From the NCBI GenBank assembly GCA_951812955.1, contig OX638340.1:1312001-1376000 (forward strand): DNA of 64,000 nt. Reading direction: 5' to 3'. The DNA comes from an uncultured Gemmatimonadota bacterium. GTDB lineage: Bacteria; JAAXHH01. The position numbers and the translations under genes were made by a program. Positions 29,378-38,140 of this stretch are shown in pieces. Each line of letters opens with the position of its first letter. The first letter of the stretch is position 1. The notes under the pieces were generated by a model. That model made no database searches, had not been told where the DNA came from, and was given only the letters and a program-made list of their open reading frames with translations.

Positions 29378-30775
29378 TCATGAGGAGCCAAGGATTCGGC
29401 GCAAGAACTCCAGTGCACGGGGTATGGCGGTCGGCATTGACGTGATATCATGCGTTCCACCCGGGTAGATGAAGGCCTCGAACTCCGGCGCTCCGCGCCC
29501 GATCTCCTCCATGGCCCGTATCATGGATTCTGCCTGGGAGACGGAAACCACCCCGTCCATGTCGCCGTGGTGAACCTGCAAGGGGGGCAGATCCTCTGCA
29601 AAGAAGACGGCGGATCGCCGGATGAGCGCCAGCCGTGCGTCCTGGAGCGTAATTTCCCCTGCCCACCACGGTACTAAGTAGTTGGCGCGCAGGTATTCGA
29701 CACCGGGCAGGTCGACGGTCACGCCTCTCACCAGGAGACTGGCGATATCGCGCGCCCATTCATTCTGGAAATCCGTCGGGCCGAAGAACGTGATGACTCC
29801 CGCGATACGCGCGTCCCTTATCCCCATCAGCATCGCCACGCCGCCGCCTCTGCTGGCGCCCACGACGAAATACCGGTCGGTTGAGGCTTCCGGTATGGAC
29901 TCCATGACGAGACTGACCAGCGCCATCGCGTCGTCCGCGTCGCGGTCCCACGGACTGGCCGGACCCTCCGATGTCCAGGCCCGCCCCCCGTATTCGAGCG
30001 GTTCGTCCCGGAACGACGGGATCACGTAGATGAAGTCGTCCCGCATCTCTCCGAGGGCGATGGTCAATATGAGCAACGTGCTTTCCACCGACACGCCGTT
30101 GTCGCCGCCATGGGCGAATACCAGTATGGGAAGACGTTTCGTGCCCGCGCTGCTCGGCACGACGATAGCGCCGAAATGACGCACGCCGGCGACCTGGTGC
30201 GAGACGATCCGCAGGGTGGTCGGACTTCCCCCCATGCTAAAGGGTTCTTCAAACTCGACCGTCTCCCCGGCCGGCGAGACGTCCCGCGTGGCCCAGTCGG
30301 CGCGGACCGCCGACAATTCAGCCTCTTCGGGCGGTGCAAACAAAACTTCGAGCGAGTCTTCCACCGTGATCGCTTGGCCGCTGACGTTTACGGTAACGCC
30401 GGAAGCGCTTACAGCCAGCGTTTGCGGGCCTGAAATCGGGCCGAGCGTCCAGTTCGTGGAAGTCTTGCCGTCCGTACCGGTTCCGGCGGTTGTGGGCTCC
30501 GTGAAGCCGTGGCTGGGTGCGAACAAGACATGCGCGCCGGACATGGGCCGTTCTTCTTCATCGTGCACCTGGACCACGATCGGTTCCCGCAAGCTCGAAC
30601 CGGCCAGTGCGCGCTGCCCGTCGCCGGATACGATACTTATCCTGGCGGCACGGGGCAGGTCCGTGGGTTCGGGTGTGGTCGGACCTTCACTGCCGCAGGA
30701 AACCAGGACGGCTAGGGAAAGAAGCAACGTAATCGGAGAAAGGAGGCGCAGGCGGCAGGAAAGTCTGTGACGCAT
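29378..30775 (-). CDS. lipoprotein with an Ig-like domain and an S9/prolyl-oligopeptidase-type alpha/beta hydrolase domain
   Basis: Lipobox LVSCGS, then an Ig-like segment (ISIVSGDGQRALAGSSLREPIVVQV). Serine elbow VVGASRGGG and a C-terminal HHGDMD...GGTHD. Confidence 0.7.
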   Translation of the reverse strand: MRHRLSCRLRLLSPITLLLSLAVLVSCGSEGPTTPEPTDLPRAARISIVSGDGQRALAGSSLREPIVVQVHDEEERPMSGAHVLFAPSHGFTEPTTAGTGTDGKTSTNWTLGPISGPQTLAVSASGVTVNVSGQAITVEDSLEVLFAPPEEAELSAVRADWATRDVSPAGETVEFEEPFSMGGSPTTLRIVSHQVAGVRHFGAIVVPSSAGTKRLPILVFAHGGDNGVSVESTLLILTIALGEMRDDFIYVIPSFRDEPLEYGGRAWTSEGPASPWDRDADDAMALVSLVMESIPEASTDRYFVVGASRGGGVAMLMGIRDARIAGVITFFGPTDFQNEWARDIASLLVRGVTVDLPGVEYLRANYLVPWWAGEITLQDARLALIRRSAVFFAEDLPPLQVHHGDMDGVVSVSQAESMIRAMEEIGRGAPEFEAFIYPGGTHDITSMPTAIPRALEFLRRILGSS

Positions 30776-31005
30776 GTCTGGTCCTGGTATCATCTCATAT
30801 GCGGAGAAACGGGCAGTTATCATCATCAACCGCCGGTCAATTATCCTTCATCTACGTTTCAAATTTACGCATTCTATCGTGCGACAGGCAGATAATGTAA
30901 GGGACGGTCACGGAGATTGGAAGTTCCTATTTCACGGATGCGTCAAATTAGAAGGGTTTGGCCGGAAATGGCAATCCGTCTTTCGTAACAGCGTCATGTG
31001 GCGAT

Positions 31006-32205
31006 CTAGGTGGTGACTCGCATGGCAGATACACGCTGAAGCATCAACAGGCACGCTATGCCCGCCGCGGCCAGCACACCGTTGAAACTGAATACCAGAA
31101 TCCAGGCCGACTGCACGTCGGAATGGTCGAGTATCGATCCTGCCAGAACAGGCGCGCCGGTTCCCACCACAAATCCGATGAAGGACTGCAGAGCCTGAGC
31201 AGAACCAACCAGGTTTCTCGGAGCGAGTTCCGTGACAGTCGTCGAGTAGATGGCGGAATCGGCGGCCGTAAAGAATCCGTAAAGAAAACCCAGGGCGACG
31301 AGGTATGTAAACGGCAATCCAACCAGCCAACCGGCCAGGAATGAACATGTGCCGCTGACTGCGAATATCCACAACGCCGACCTGATTCTACCGATCCTGT
31401 CCGAAGTCCATCCACCCAATAGCACGGCGAAGATACCAGTCATGAACATCAAACCAGCCAGGGTAGCGGCCCTCGATGCCGCGTTGTCCGGTTCGAGACC
31501 TCCCATCATGAGCGCTGCGCCGAGCAGCAGGGGAAGCCACAGTCGGGCCACGAAGAGTTCGGCCGTGTGCAGCGCGTAGGCCATGATCACCAGGATCATC
31601 CGACGGTCACGCAATGGCGCCAGGGACAGCCATCCGGCTATTCCGCGGCTATCCTTCTCCTGCGGCGTCCGTTCACCCCGCCCTGAAGCCAGAAACGCAG
31701 CTATAAAAATGCTTGCCAGACCGGGCAAAGTGGTCATCAGAAAAGCTGGCTCCCACCCTTCCAATCGATCCAGGAGCGTGCCCATGAACACGTATGAGAC
31801 CGTCGTACCTGCATAACCCGATCCCACGAAAATACTTACGGCCGTGGCCCTTCCCCTTCGGGCGAACCTGTACGACGCGAGACGTATACCGGTGATGTAA
31901 ACACATACATGACCGACCCCGTAGATGAATCGCAGCAAGCAGGCGGTCCACAACCCCTCCGCCAGAATGGGAAACAGGAACCCGCTGCACGCCGTCAACA
32001 CGACGCCGATGATCAGGATCCGATACGGATTGAACCGGTCGGTGAAGGGTACGAGCAGCAGGGACGAAACGGCATAACCAGCTAGGTACGAAGAGAAGAT
32101 CATTCCCGCCTGGGTATTGTTCAGTTCCCACTGCGCTCGAATAAAAGGAAGAGACGCGACGTAACTCGAGGAGGACAGCAGGATGAGAAACAGCACCCCG
32201 CTCAA
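31006..32205 (-). CDS. MFS transporter
   Basis: About 12 hydrophobic segments over 399 aa, with an MFS-like loop motif (FTDRFNPYR). Confidence 0.8.
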   Translation of the reverse strand: MSGVLFLILLSSSSYVASLPFIRAQWELNNTQAGMIFSSYLAGYAVSSLLLVPFTDRFNPYRILIIGVVLTACSGFLFPILAEGLWTACLLRFIYGVGHVCVYITGIRLASYRFARRGRATAVSIFVGSGYAGTTVSYVFMGTLLDRLEGWEPAFLMTTLPGLASIFIAAFLASGRGERTPQEKDSRGIAGWLSLAPLRDRRMILVIMAYALHTAELFVARLWLPLLLGAALMMGGLEPDNAASRAATLAGLMFMTGIFAVLLGGWTSDRIGRIRSALWIFAVSGTCSFLAGWLVGLPFTYLVALGFLYGFFTAADSAIYSTTVTELAPRNLVGSAQALQSFIGFVVGTGAPVLAGSILDHSDVQSAWILVFSFNGVLAAAGIACLLMLQRVSAMRVTT

Positions 32206-32293
32206 CCCGGCGAGCCAGGCTATGCCCGGCCAGGAGGATGTGCCGGATTGATTTCGGTGGGTGGCTTGATCAGTTATCTCGGATGACCTCGTT

Positions 32294-32348
32294 GAGTCAA
32301 ATGAAACGTAGTTTGAAACGCGGTTGAATGAACGGTATTGAATGAACT
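32294..32348. repeat. four imperfect direct repeats (TTGAATGAAC-like, period 12-15 nt) in the divergent MFS/EEP intergenic region
   Basis: The repeats read TCAAATGAAACG, TTTGAAACG, TTGAATGAACGG and TTGAATGAACTA, in tandem. Confidence 0.7.
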
Positions 32349-32431
32349 ATGCACTTGCAAATCTTGTTCGTCTAACTATCATCCCAATAGGAATTCGCTC
32401 AAGCAACCCTTAATACTGGGAGTAGTGCAAG

Positions 32432-33244
32432 TTGACCAAACTATTATGCTGGAACATTAATCGCGGGTCTGAAGAAAGTGATAGCTGGCGGGAAATAGCG
32501 AACTCGGATGCGGACATTGCACTGTTACAGGAGGCCAGAAGACCTCCTGAAGATCTATCGAATCGTTTGCAGGTGGATCCTGAAGCATTCACTCATGGTA
32601 CTTCTAGATGTGCAATCGTAAGCCTCTCCAGCAAGGTGAGCGTTCGTTTTTTAAAACCCATGCTTCTGAATGATATCGATCAAGAAGGCGACTTTACAAC
32701 CACACATCAAGGGTGCATTTCAGCCGCTATCGTCAGTCCGAATAAGGGAGAGTCGTTTACTGCAGTTTCAATTTGTGCCGAATACGAGCAGCCTCGATGT
32801 TCATCATGGAATGTAACTGACGCCTCGGTCCACCGCGTCATCTCCGACCTGTCCCTGTTCATTGGCAAACAGCGGGGACACCGTATCATCGCAGCGGGTG
32901 ATCTCACCATCAATCGAGGCTATGGTGAAGATAAAAGCGGCTACTGGAAAGGAAGGTATGACTCGGTATTCAATCGTATGGACGCCATCGGCATGTGTTT
33001 CGTCGGTCCGCAAAACCCCCATGGCTGTTCGGCCGATCCTCGACCGCAGAACATGCCCCAAGACAGCAAAAACGTGCCTACCTACTGCAAGTCGTTTAGA
33101 AAAAACCCAGCGGCAGCATACGATCAACTGGACTACGTCTTCGTGTCGGAAAGCATGGCCGATTCCGTCAAGGTGTGCGCCTTGAACCACCCTGAAGAAT
33201 GGGGGCCAAGCGATCACTGCAGGATTAAAATTATGGTAGAGTAG
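32432..33244 (+). CDS. endonuclease/exonuclease/phosphatase (EEP) family protein, copy 2
   Basis: TTG start. Motifs LLCWNINRG, LLQE, AAGD and PSDHCRI. Roughly 35-40% identical by eye to copy 1. Local GC is about 49%. Confidence 0.75.
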   Translation: MTKLLCWNINRGSEESDSWREIANSDADIALLQEARRPPEDLSNRLQVDPEAFTHGTSRCAIVSLSSKVSVRFLKPMLLNDIDQEGDFTTTHQGCISAAIVSPNKGESFTAVSICAEYEQPRCSSWNVTDASVHRVISDLSLFIGKQRGHRIIAAGDLTINRGYGEDKSGYWKGRYDSVFNRMDAIGMCFVGPQNPHGCSADPRPQNMPQDSKNVPTYCKSFRKNPAAAYDQLDYVFVSESMADSVKVCALNHPEEWGPSDHCRIKIMVE

Positions 33245-33253
33245 AGGAAAAAC

Positions 33254-33820
33254 ATGGCTACACAAAGGAACTCGGACACAACCTACCTGGCCCTCCTGCG
33301 CGGAGTAAATGTGGGCGGAAAGAACGTGATCAAGATGGCGGATCTCAGGAACTGCTTCGAGGCCGAAGGCTTCCGCGACGTCGTCACCTATATCCAAAGC
33401 GGGAATGTGATCTTTCGTTCGCCTTCAACAGGGCTCAGCGTCCTGACAAACCGGATCGAGGAGATGCTGGCCGCGGCGTTTGACTATGAAGCGAGTGTCG
33501 TGTTACGCTCACGAAAGCAGATGCGGGCAGTGGTTTCCGAGGCGCCGGCGGAATTTGGAGAACGGCCGGAGACGTACCGCTACGACACCCTCTTCCTGAA
33601 GGCTCCCCTAACGGCAACTGCCGCCATGGAGTGCATCCCCGCCAGGCCCGGTGTGGATGAATCCTGGGCAGGAAATGGTGTGCTCTACTACTCGAGACGC
33701 ATCGACCAGGCCTCGCGTAGTTATCTCAGCCGTCTCGCGTCGATGCCCGTCTACCAGCGCATGACGGTCCGCAACTGGAACACGACGACCAGGTTGTTAG
33801 AGCTCATGGAAAGAGACTGA
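33254..33820 (+). CDS. DUF1697 domain protein
   Basis: The N-terminal LLRGVNVGGKNVIKMADLR signature of DUF1697. Starts 10 nt after EEP copy 2. Confidence 0.75.
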   Translation: MATQRNSDTTYLALLRGVNVGGKNVIKMADLRNCFEAEGFRDVVTYIQSGNVIFRSPSTGLSVLTNRIEEMLAAAFDYEASVVLRSRKQMRAVVSEAPAEFGERPETYRYDTLFLKAPLTATAAMECIPARPGVDESWAGNGVLYYSRRIDQASRSYLSRLASMPVYQRMTVRNWNTTTRLLELMERD

Positions 33821-33924
33821 ATCGTGGCCAACCTGTCCGGTACCCGTGTCCGTTCCTTGCGGTCTACCAATCGCAGGTTTGAACAGTGATGTCCGGGTTG
33901 ATCGTCGCGTTAGAGGGCAAGGCG

Positions 33925-34395
33925 TCACTCGGCGATGCACCGTCCATCCTTAAACGCCAAAACCGGTGGTGCGGGAATTGAGCAGTCGGAAACGTACCCA
34001 TACAGCTCATTCATCTCAGCTTCAAAGGCGTCATACGCTGTCAGCCGAATAGCTAGTGCCGTCGAATCGGTGGACGAGACGGAGTAAACGATGTACGCCC
34101 AGGGACCGCCGCAGGGCTTGGAGCCCAGGCCCGCGTAGCGACAGTCTGCAATCGACACGCCCTCAGCTTCGCCGACGAGCGTGTCGATTTCCCGTCGCAT
34201 CTCCATTAGCTGCGCACGGTCGCCTTCCTCGGACCGTTGGTCGCCTTCCTCGGTTCGCTGTTCGCCTTCCTCGGTCTGCTGTTCGCCTTCCTCGGTCTGC
34301 TGTTCGCCATTATTGTCATCGCCAACGACAGGATCCCGGCCGTCACAACCAAGGAGTAAAACGGAGATCCATACCGCCATAACCAGGTATCGCAT
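33925..34395 (-). CDS. hypothetical lipoprotein with an acidic heptad tandem repeat and a Cys-containing C-terminal domain
   Basis: Lipobox LLLGCDG. A 21-bp x4 repeat encodes EEGEQQT-type units (34220-34308). No recognised domain. Confidence 0.55.
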   Translation of the reverse strand: MRYLVMAVWISVLLLGCDGRDPVVGDDNNGEQQTEEGEQQTEEGEQRTEEGDQRSEEGDRAQLMEMRREIDTLVGEAEGVSIADCRYAGLGSKPCGGPWAYIVYSVSSTDSTALAIRLTAYDAFEAEMNELYGYVSDCSIPAPPVLAFKDGRCIAE

Positions 34396-34600
34396 GGTCT
34401 TTCCTTTCTGTCAGAAAAGAGTCATAGTCCCCGCTATGGAGGACGCCTGGCCTCGCTAACGGTTCCACGAGCTTGACCTCTAATTGTTCGACCTTATTCT
34501 TGCCCAACGCCCTCAGTTCTTCTTCGACGGAGAGCAAATGTAGGTTGGCGAACACTTGTTGAACATCCCTACATTTCATCTCCGTTAAAAGTCCTTCGCC

Positions 34601-34650
34601 CCAAACCCTTGACACCACCATCCGATACTCCTTACTTCCCGTTGTAAGCC
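34601..34650 (+). promoter_or_regulatory. conserved about 50-bp box upstream of MNT copy 1 (putative promoter/operator)
   Basis: The sequence is CCAAACCCTTGACACCACCATCCGATACTCCTTACTTCCCGTTGTAAGCC. It contains TTGACA-N17-TTACTT and the inverted repeat CTTAC-N8-GTAAG. It is nearly identical to 39796..39847. Confidence 0.4.
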
Positions 34651-34686
34651 CGGTTTTTGGTCGTGCCCCCAGGGATACTGGTAGCT

Positions 34687-34971
34687 ATGCACTCGATCAT
34701 CAAACAACACCGCACCGAGATCCTCGCCCTCGCCGAACTCCACGGCGTCGCCAATGTGCGCGTGTTCGGATCCATGGCAAGGGAAGATGCTGATGACTCG
34801 AGCGACGTCGATCTACTGGTGTCGCTGCCTTCTGGTAAAACAGGCCTCGCACTTGGCGCCCTGTTGATGGACGTGCAAGACCTTCTGCAACGGCGTGTGG
34901 AAGTCGTGACCGTGAAGAGTCTTCATCCTGCTCTCCGGGATAACGTGCTGAACGAGGCGCAGTCGCTATGA
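34687..34971 (+). CDS. mntA: MNT-type nucleotidyltransferase antitoxin (HepT-MntA type VII TA)
   Basis: The motif FGSMAREDADDSSDVDLLV (GS...DxD). 94 aa, with a 4-nt ATGA overlap onto the downstream HEPN gene. Confidence 0.85.
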   Translation: MHSIIKQHRTEILALAELHGVANVRVFGSMAREDADDSSDVDLLVSLPSGKTGLALGALLMDVQDLLQRRVEVVTVKSLHPALRDNVLNEAQSL

Positions 34972-35312
34972 AATCCGACGCGCGGTCCGATAGAGTGTTG
35001 CTGGAACACATCCGAGAGTGTATTGACCGTATTAGTGAATACACCGGCTGTAAGCGCTCATCGTTCTACGCCTCGCGTCTGGTTCAGGACGCAGTGGTAC
35101 GTAATCTGCAATTGCTTGCGGAGTCAACGCAACGCCTGAGTAACGCTGTTAAAGAAACCGAGACGGATATACCCTGGCGTGCCATTGCAGGATTTCGAAA
35201 CGTGCTCGTACACGGTTATCTTGAGATTGACCTCGATGCAGTTTGGAGCGTGGTTGAACAGGACCTCCCGAAGTTATCCAGGGCAATCGATCGCATGGTC
35301 CGATCCGTATGA
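34968..35312 (+). CDS. hepT: HepT (DUF86) HEPN-domain RNase toxin
   Basis: The Rx4-6H motif in FRNVLVHGY. 114 aa, in canonical position after MNT. Confidence 0.85.
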   Translation: MKSDARSDRVLLEHIRECIDRISEYTGCKRSSFYASRLVQDAVVRNLQLLAESTQRLSNAVKETETDIPWRAIAGFRNVLVHGYLEIDLDAVWSVVEQDLPKLSRAIDRMVRSV

Positions 35313-35340
35313 TCTCTGGGATATCCCGCGCGAGTCCACC

Positions 35341-36474
35341 TCATCCCTGCCTGTCCAGCCTGCCCGTCCCCATTATCCGTTCCATGTTCCCACCCAGTAT
35401 CGCCGCCATCTCGTCCTCGTCGAGGAACGGGCAGTAGCGCCTCACATAGTCGAGGCTCTGGCGGTAGGTCCAGTGCAGCAGCACGATAGGGATGTCCGTC
35501 CCCCACAGAATACGGTCGGCGCCGAAGCATTCGACCATCTTTTCAAGGACCGGCCGCACCTGGGGCATGGGATAGTCCCAGTGCGACTGCAGGAACACGG
35601 CAAAGAGGATCTGGATGTGGAAACGGGGGTGCTCGGACGGCACGGCTTCGTATACTTCATCGGGAATGTCAAACCGGTCGCGGCCGGCGAACAACCGCCA
35701 GGGGAAGCCGTGGGTCATGATCACCTCGACCTTGGGGTAATGGTCCATCCAGGCCCGCAACGAACGTAACTCTTCTATGTAGGCGGAAGGCGATCCGACC
35801 GCGCCGAGAGTGAAGAACACCGGTATGTCCAGCTCGGCCACCGCTGCCCAGAACGGGTCGAAATCCGGCCCGGTCCATTCGGGCGACAGGCCGTAGAGCG
35901 GCCGATGGAAAGGAGCGAACTGAAGGCCAGAAAGACCGTGAACGCGGATCGCCCGTTCGAGTTTCGCAATGGCGTCGTCGGTCCTCTCCGGCATCCACCA
36001 TTCGGGGACCTGGGCCAGTCCCTGGATCCGCTCCGGATAACGCCTGCAGCATGCCGCGATGTAGCCGTCATCGAGTCCCATGTACGGCGTGCGATGCAGA
36101 AGCGCCCGGTCGATGCCCGCGTAGTCCATTTCCGCCACCAGATTCTCCGCGGAGAAGGAGAAATCCTCCGTCCATGGCGGCAGGGCCTGCTTGACAAATT
36201 CCTCGCCATCTACCGTCCACTCGGCCAGGCCGTGTTTGCCGGTGCGGAAGTTCGCGTCACGCAGGCCATCGAAGCGCCACGGAAGGTCGGGGTCGTAGAG
36301 ACCCGTGGCGTCGGCCGGAGCGCGGTCCTTACGCCGCCAGACGGGTTGCTGGCGTGCCTGGGCCATAAACATCTGCAGATGACGCCGGAATTCGGCATGG
36401 TCGTCGAAGCCGCCGATATCGCGCGGGGCGGGAAAGCAATAGGCGTGTCCGTCGTAGATCATGATATCGTCCAT
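35341..36474 (-). CDS. amidohydrolase-2 family metal-dependent hydrolase
   Basis: 377-aa ORF with a WGTDIP C-terminal motif and the high GC of the core genome. Confidence 0.75.
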   Translation of the reverse strand: MDDIMIYDGHAYCFPAPRDIGGFDDHAEFRRHLQMFMAQARQQPVWRRKDRAPADATGLYDPDLPWRFDGLRDANFRTGKHGLAEWTVDGEEFVKQALPPWTEDFSFSAENLVAEMDYAGIDRALLHRTPYMGLDDGYIAACCRRYPERIQGLAQVPEWWMPERTDDAIAKLERAIRVHGLSGLQFAPFHRPLYGLSPEWTGPDFDPFWAAVAELDIPVFFTLGAVGSPSAYIEELRSLRAWMDHYPKVEVIMTHGFPWRLFAGRDRFDIPDEVYEAVPSEHPRFHIQILFAVFLQSHWDYPMPQVRPVLEKMVECFGADRILWGTDIPIVLLHWTYRQSLDYVRRYCPFLDEDEMAAILGGNMERIMGTGRLDRQG

Positions 36475-36569
36475 CTAAACGCGTTGACAGGATCATGCTT
36501 GCAGAGGTATTTTTCAGCAATTAACCATACCCGTCTTCACGCGATCTTCTTCGATCCTTAAGAATCGCA

Positions 36570-38087
36570 TTGACCGTCGGAGTGGTCTCAGTGAAAAGTA
36601 CCGAAATCCGTCCAATCTGGAATCCCCGTACCGGCATTGAAGGTCTTGACGGAGATCCCAATGAACTGAGTTCTTCCGAGATCCCCGGAATAAAAGCGAG
36701 CTGGACCGAGCAGCAGGAGCGGTTGAAGGACAAGGCCCAACTTTCTGACTTCACCGAGAAGTTGAGCCGGGAATGGGCAATAGAAACCGGTATTCTTGAG
36801 AATCTATACGAAATCGACCGTGGCGTCACGCAGACTCTCATCGAGCGGGGTTTTCAATCCGAAATTCTCAGCTACGGAACGACAAATAAGCCCCGAGAAT
36901 ACGTGATCCAACTCTTGCGAGATCAGAAGGAAGCCCTGGACGGCGTATTCGCGTTCGTCAAGAACGACCGGTCCCTCACTACGTCTTACATAAAAGAACT
37001 ACACGCGGCATTACTGCGCAACCAGCACACGACCGAGGCGCTCGACAGTCTGGGTAGAACAGTTGAAGTCCCGCTCCTCAAGGGAGACTGGAAAACCCAG
37101 CCCAACTACCCCGTCCGGGATGGCGTGACGTACAGCTACTGCCCGCCGGAACAGGTTAGTTCTGAGATGGACCGGTTGCTCGAGATGCATGAGGCGCAGG
37201 TCGAAAGCGGCGTGTCTGCCGAGGTACAGGCCGCTTGGCTGCATCATCGTTTCACCCAGATCCATCCCTTTCAAGATGGAAACGGACGCGTGGTCCGTGC
37301 GATCGCTTCACTGGTGCTCGTAAAGGAAGGACTTTTCCCGCTTGTGATAAGGAGGGACGACAGGGGCAGATACCTGGAAGCCCTCGAAGCCGCCGACCTC
37401 GGCGACCTGAACCCGCTTGTCATGCTGTTCACTGGACTGCAAAGAGATCAGTTCCTGAAGGCGACCAAGATATCTGAAGAACTACGTTTGGAAGAGGACG
37501 TGCAGGTAGTCTTGGACGGGCTGGACAGGGAAGCCCGCAGAATCGCAACGGAGAGGCTCAAGGCACACAGGGAGGTATTCGGTTTGGCCAGCGCTATCGA
37601 AAATGATCTAGAAGAACGTTTGAATACGATAGCAAAAGAAGTTTCGGGAGCACTAAATCAGGTAGCGTCCGGCGCAACTACATTCGTGCGAAGATCCGAC
37701 GAGAAAACGGATTATTTCTACAGGGCGCAGATCGTCAAGATTGCAAATGAACACATTGATTATTACGCCAATACGTCCGAATACCGATCATGGGTTTCAT
37801 TAAACATGCGATGGTCGCGTCGAGGGCAGTTGGTATTCGCGCTACACGGAATCGGCAAACCATTCAACGGTGGCCTTATCTGCGCGCCATTTCTGGAATT
37901 CAGAGATTACGACGATACCGACGAGGAGCACGGCGAGCGTCAATCAAATTCAACCCTCATTCCGGTCGCCGAGGAAGGTTTCGTTTTCTTCTACAACGAG
38001 GACAAGGATCGACTTCTCGGAAGGTTCAGGCCCTGGCGGGAAAACGTCCTCAAGATTGTCATAAAAGAACTCGCGCAAAACCTCTGA
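36570..38087 (+). CDS. Fic family protein (AMPylase-type) with an uncharacterised about 240-aa C-terminal region
   Basis: Fic core HPFQDGNGRVVR. The upstream TGILEN fits the inhibitory (S/T)xxxE(G/N) helix motif. TTG start at 36570, with GTG 36591 as an alternative. GC is about 52%. Confidence 0.85.
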   Translation: MTVGVVSVKSTEIRPIWNPRTGIEGLDGDPNELSSSEIPGIKASWTEQQERLKDKAQLSDFTEKLSREWAIETGILENLYEIDRGVTQTLIERGFQSEILSYGTTNKPREYVIQLLRDQKEALDGVFAFVKNDRSLTTSYIKELHAALLRNQHTTEALDSLGRTVEVPLLKGDWKTQPNYPVRDGVTYSYCPPEQVSSEMDRLLEMHEAQVESGVSAEVQAAWLHHRFTQIHPFQDGNGRVVRAIASLVLVKEGLFPLVIRRDDRGRYLEALEAADLGDLNPLVMLFTGLQRDQFLKATKISEELRLEEDVQVVLDGLDREARRIATERLKAHREVFGLASAIENDLEERLNTIAKEVSGALNQVASGATTFVRRSDEKTDYFYRAQIVKIANEHIDYYANTSEYRSWVSLNMRWSRRGQLVFALHGIGKPFNGGLICAPFLEFRDYDDTDEEHGERQSNSTLIPVAEEGFVFFYNEDKDRLLGRFRPWRENVLKIVIKELAQNL

Positions 38088-38140
38088 ATCAACGATTGCC
38101 GGACCACCCAGATGTGCGATGAGGTTACGAATCCACTCCG

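Noticed and set aside
34343-34621. A 92-aa minus-strand ORF between the lipoprotein gene and MNT copy 1, considered as a possible small TA-associated gene.
   Set aside because: It overlaps the lipoprotein start by 53 nt. Its first 7 codons coincide with the conserved promoter-like box. In the second copy of that box (39796-39847) the downstream frame is not conserved: a 41-aa ORF of unrelated sequence. The shared similarity is therefore at the DNA level, not the protein level.
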